A DNA stretch of 63,848 nucleotides, from the NCBI RefSeq assembly GCF_021028975.2, contig NC_059434.1:75640001-75703848 (forward strand). Direction: 5' to 3'. This document shows positions 61,876 through 63,848 of the stretch, piece after piece; positions within the stretch are counted from its first letter, which is position 1, and each line of letters begins with the position of its first letter. A program made the position numbers and the translations under genes. Below the pieces are notes generated by a model. The model saw only the letters and a list, made by a program, of their open reading frames with translations. It searched no databases and was not told the DNA's origin. Source of the stretch: Sphaerodactylus townsendi (taxonomy: Eukaryota).

Positions 61876-62770
61876 GACTAGAACTTCACTTAGTCCAAAA
61901 TCCCCTTTCTCCATATACATTTATTCACAAAAGAACTTGGCTCAGCTACATGAGAAGGAGCAAACAGCAGTCTGAACACATGGTGAATTGAGTTTTGATC
62001 ACCACAACCAGCTCGTATCTGCAATTAGAATACAGGCTGTCCCAGATCGTTTAGAAATTAATCACGACAAGAAATGGATGATGATCTCCCCCCCCCCCCC
62101 CCCCGAAGAAGTGATAAACCAGGAGTTAGGAGAAGGGATAGTATAGTAGCTAAAGACATTCAGCTATGAAACATCAAGTCCCCAATTCTTGGGCAAGCCC
62201 CTCTTCTTAAACTGTAGGGCCCCACCTGAGGTACAGGAATAACAACAATGACCTACTTTTCCGGCTTTACATGAGGATTACAGCAAGATAATTAGCCCTT
62301 AACATTGTTTGGACATGAGGTACAATGGCTACGTCTTGGCCAGAACATTGGAGATGAACTTGCAGATGGACTTACAACTACCCCTGGCTGATTCTCACTG
62401 TTGAACTTACATGATGTGTGAGGCAGTGTGGGGCAGGATATGGTAAGATGGGGCAAGAAGATCAGAAGTGAACCGAGATAAGGTTTCTACATTGTGAACT
62501 GAGCTTTCTAATGGAAGGGCACACCATTGCTTCAAGAGAGCAGCATTCCATCTGTCCGATGAACGTGTTTAGCTCAGATTATCAGTACTAGAGACCAATG
62601 TGGGCAGCCAAAACTTTCTACAGAGAGTTTTCTTCAGATAATTTAAGATTCTGATCTTCCTTGTCCACAGCCCAAGAAAATAATTATCTTTTCAATCAGG
62701 CATCTTCTATGAGGTTCAGAGGGGGCTATTTAGTTACTTCCCTCAGACAGCAAAAGATTATTGATGCAGC

Positions 62771-62868
62771 CAGTGGTGGGATTCAAATAATTTAACTGGT
62801 TGTTTATAAGCACAATTTTAACAACTGGTTCTGCCGAAGTGGTGCAAACATGCTGAATCCCACCACTG
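62771..62868. mobile_element. Short hAT MITE
   Basis: TIRs CAGTGGTGGGATTCA / TGAATCCCACCACTG; TSD GATGCAGC / GATGCTGC. Confidence 0.8.
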
Positions 62869-63045
62869 GATGCTGCACTCTAAGGTAAAGTTTCATTTCA
62901 GGAAGATCTGCAAGGTGCAATTGACCCATAAGACTGTTGGCATCCAGAACACAGTAAAATGTGTGAAGATGCATGTTTTAAGTCTTGGCGCGACTCTTTC
63001 TGAGAATTTCATCTTTTTTAAAAAAAAAACCTTTCACAATTCTTA

Positions 63046-63244
63046 GGCTGATTCCGCATGGGCCAAAAACAGCGGTGTGAAAACGGTGTGAAAACAGTAT
63101 AAACCCTTTTACACCCTTTTAAACCTTTTTACACCATTTTCACACCGTTTTCACACTGCTGTTTTTGGCCCATGCAGAATCAACCGATGTAAAAGGGTTT
63201 ATACTGTTTTCACACCACTTTTTTTGGCCCATGCGGAATCAGCC
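63046..63244. mobile_element. PIF/Harbinger-type MITE
   Basis: TIRs GGCTGATTCCGCATGGGCCAAAAA / TTTTTGGCCCATGCGGAATCAGCC with TTA TSD. An extra internal right TIR lies at ~63162-63185. Confidence 0.8.
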
Positions 63245-63671
63245 TTAGAGATGGCTGAATAAATGAAGGTGGCTTCAATCTTGCCTCTCCCTGCAAACTA
63301 TTACATAAATTTGTTCAACCATCTCTGCTTATGCAGGTCACAGAACTCTTCGTTCGGAACTGGGATCAGTGGACACGTAGGATTTTGAATTTTTACTTAG
63401 AATTGGGGAGCATTTTACATTTTTAATTAGGGCATTTTACATCAGCTGGCAAGACCCTCTGGGGGTGAGGGATCCTCTGTCCTTCTGCTCAAAGCGGCAC
63501 AAGAAAACATACTTTAAGGACATAGCCATTGGTCTGACAGTATGCCATTCCTTCATGGAAAAACCAGGACGTGACATTAGTTGTCTCCAGGAATCCCCAA
63601 AGCTCTATGATTTCTTCTTAAGGGTTTTAAGGCGGTTTTACGGAACCTGTCAGGCTGAGGATGGTTTATGG

Positions 63672-63787
63672 CACAGGTGTCAAACTTGCGGCCCTCCAGA
63701 TGTAATGGACTACAGTTCCCATCATCCCCCGCCAGCATCATGCTGGCAGGGGATGATGGGAACTGTAGTCCATAACATCTGGAGGCC
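63672..63787. mobile_element. Palindromic hAT MITE, truncated into poly-C at the window end
   Basis: Same family as 20277 and 48007 but with several substitutions. Confidence 0.8.
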
Positions 63788-63848
63788 CCCCCCCCCCCCA
63801 CCCCCCCTCGACGCCCCCCCCCCCCCACTCCCCCCCCCCCCCCTACCC

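Overview
Squamate reptile genomic scaffold, most likely a gecko judging by its repeats. It covers the middle of the AFF1 (AF4) gene and has three N-gaps (20180-20276, 29808-29964, 48102-48199). I reconstructed ten consecutive AFF1 coding exons with GT-AG sites and matching phases (1749 nt, 583 codons), but they lie on opposite strands. The four earlier exons (QSFSNEVHCVEEILK / [16 protein letters not shown]... / ESQHAGSVIQSQ / KQYDAPSK...) are on the minus strand at 51.6-56.0 kb. The six later exons are on the plus strand at 21.8-42.5 kb. The strand switch falls at gaps bordered by a palindromic hAT MITE, so a mis-oriented contig is far more likely than real biology. The rest is intronic and dense in transposons: CR1 and L2 LINE ends, tRNA/CORE-type and 5S-derived SINEs, and hAT (including SPIN-like), Harbinger and Tc1/mariner MITEs. 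There are also many Penelope-like element ends carrying minimal type I hammerhead ribozymes. Other notable items are a candidate gene-internal promoter with a non-coding first exon (23.7-24.2 kb), a 45-bp templated insertion at a CR1 5' junction, and an unexplained long inverted repeat at 16.1-16.8 kb. I found no convincing novel biological system. Protein and repeat-family assignments come from recalled sequences, not database searches.
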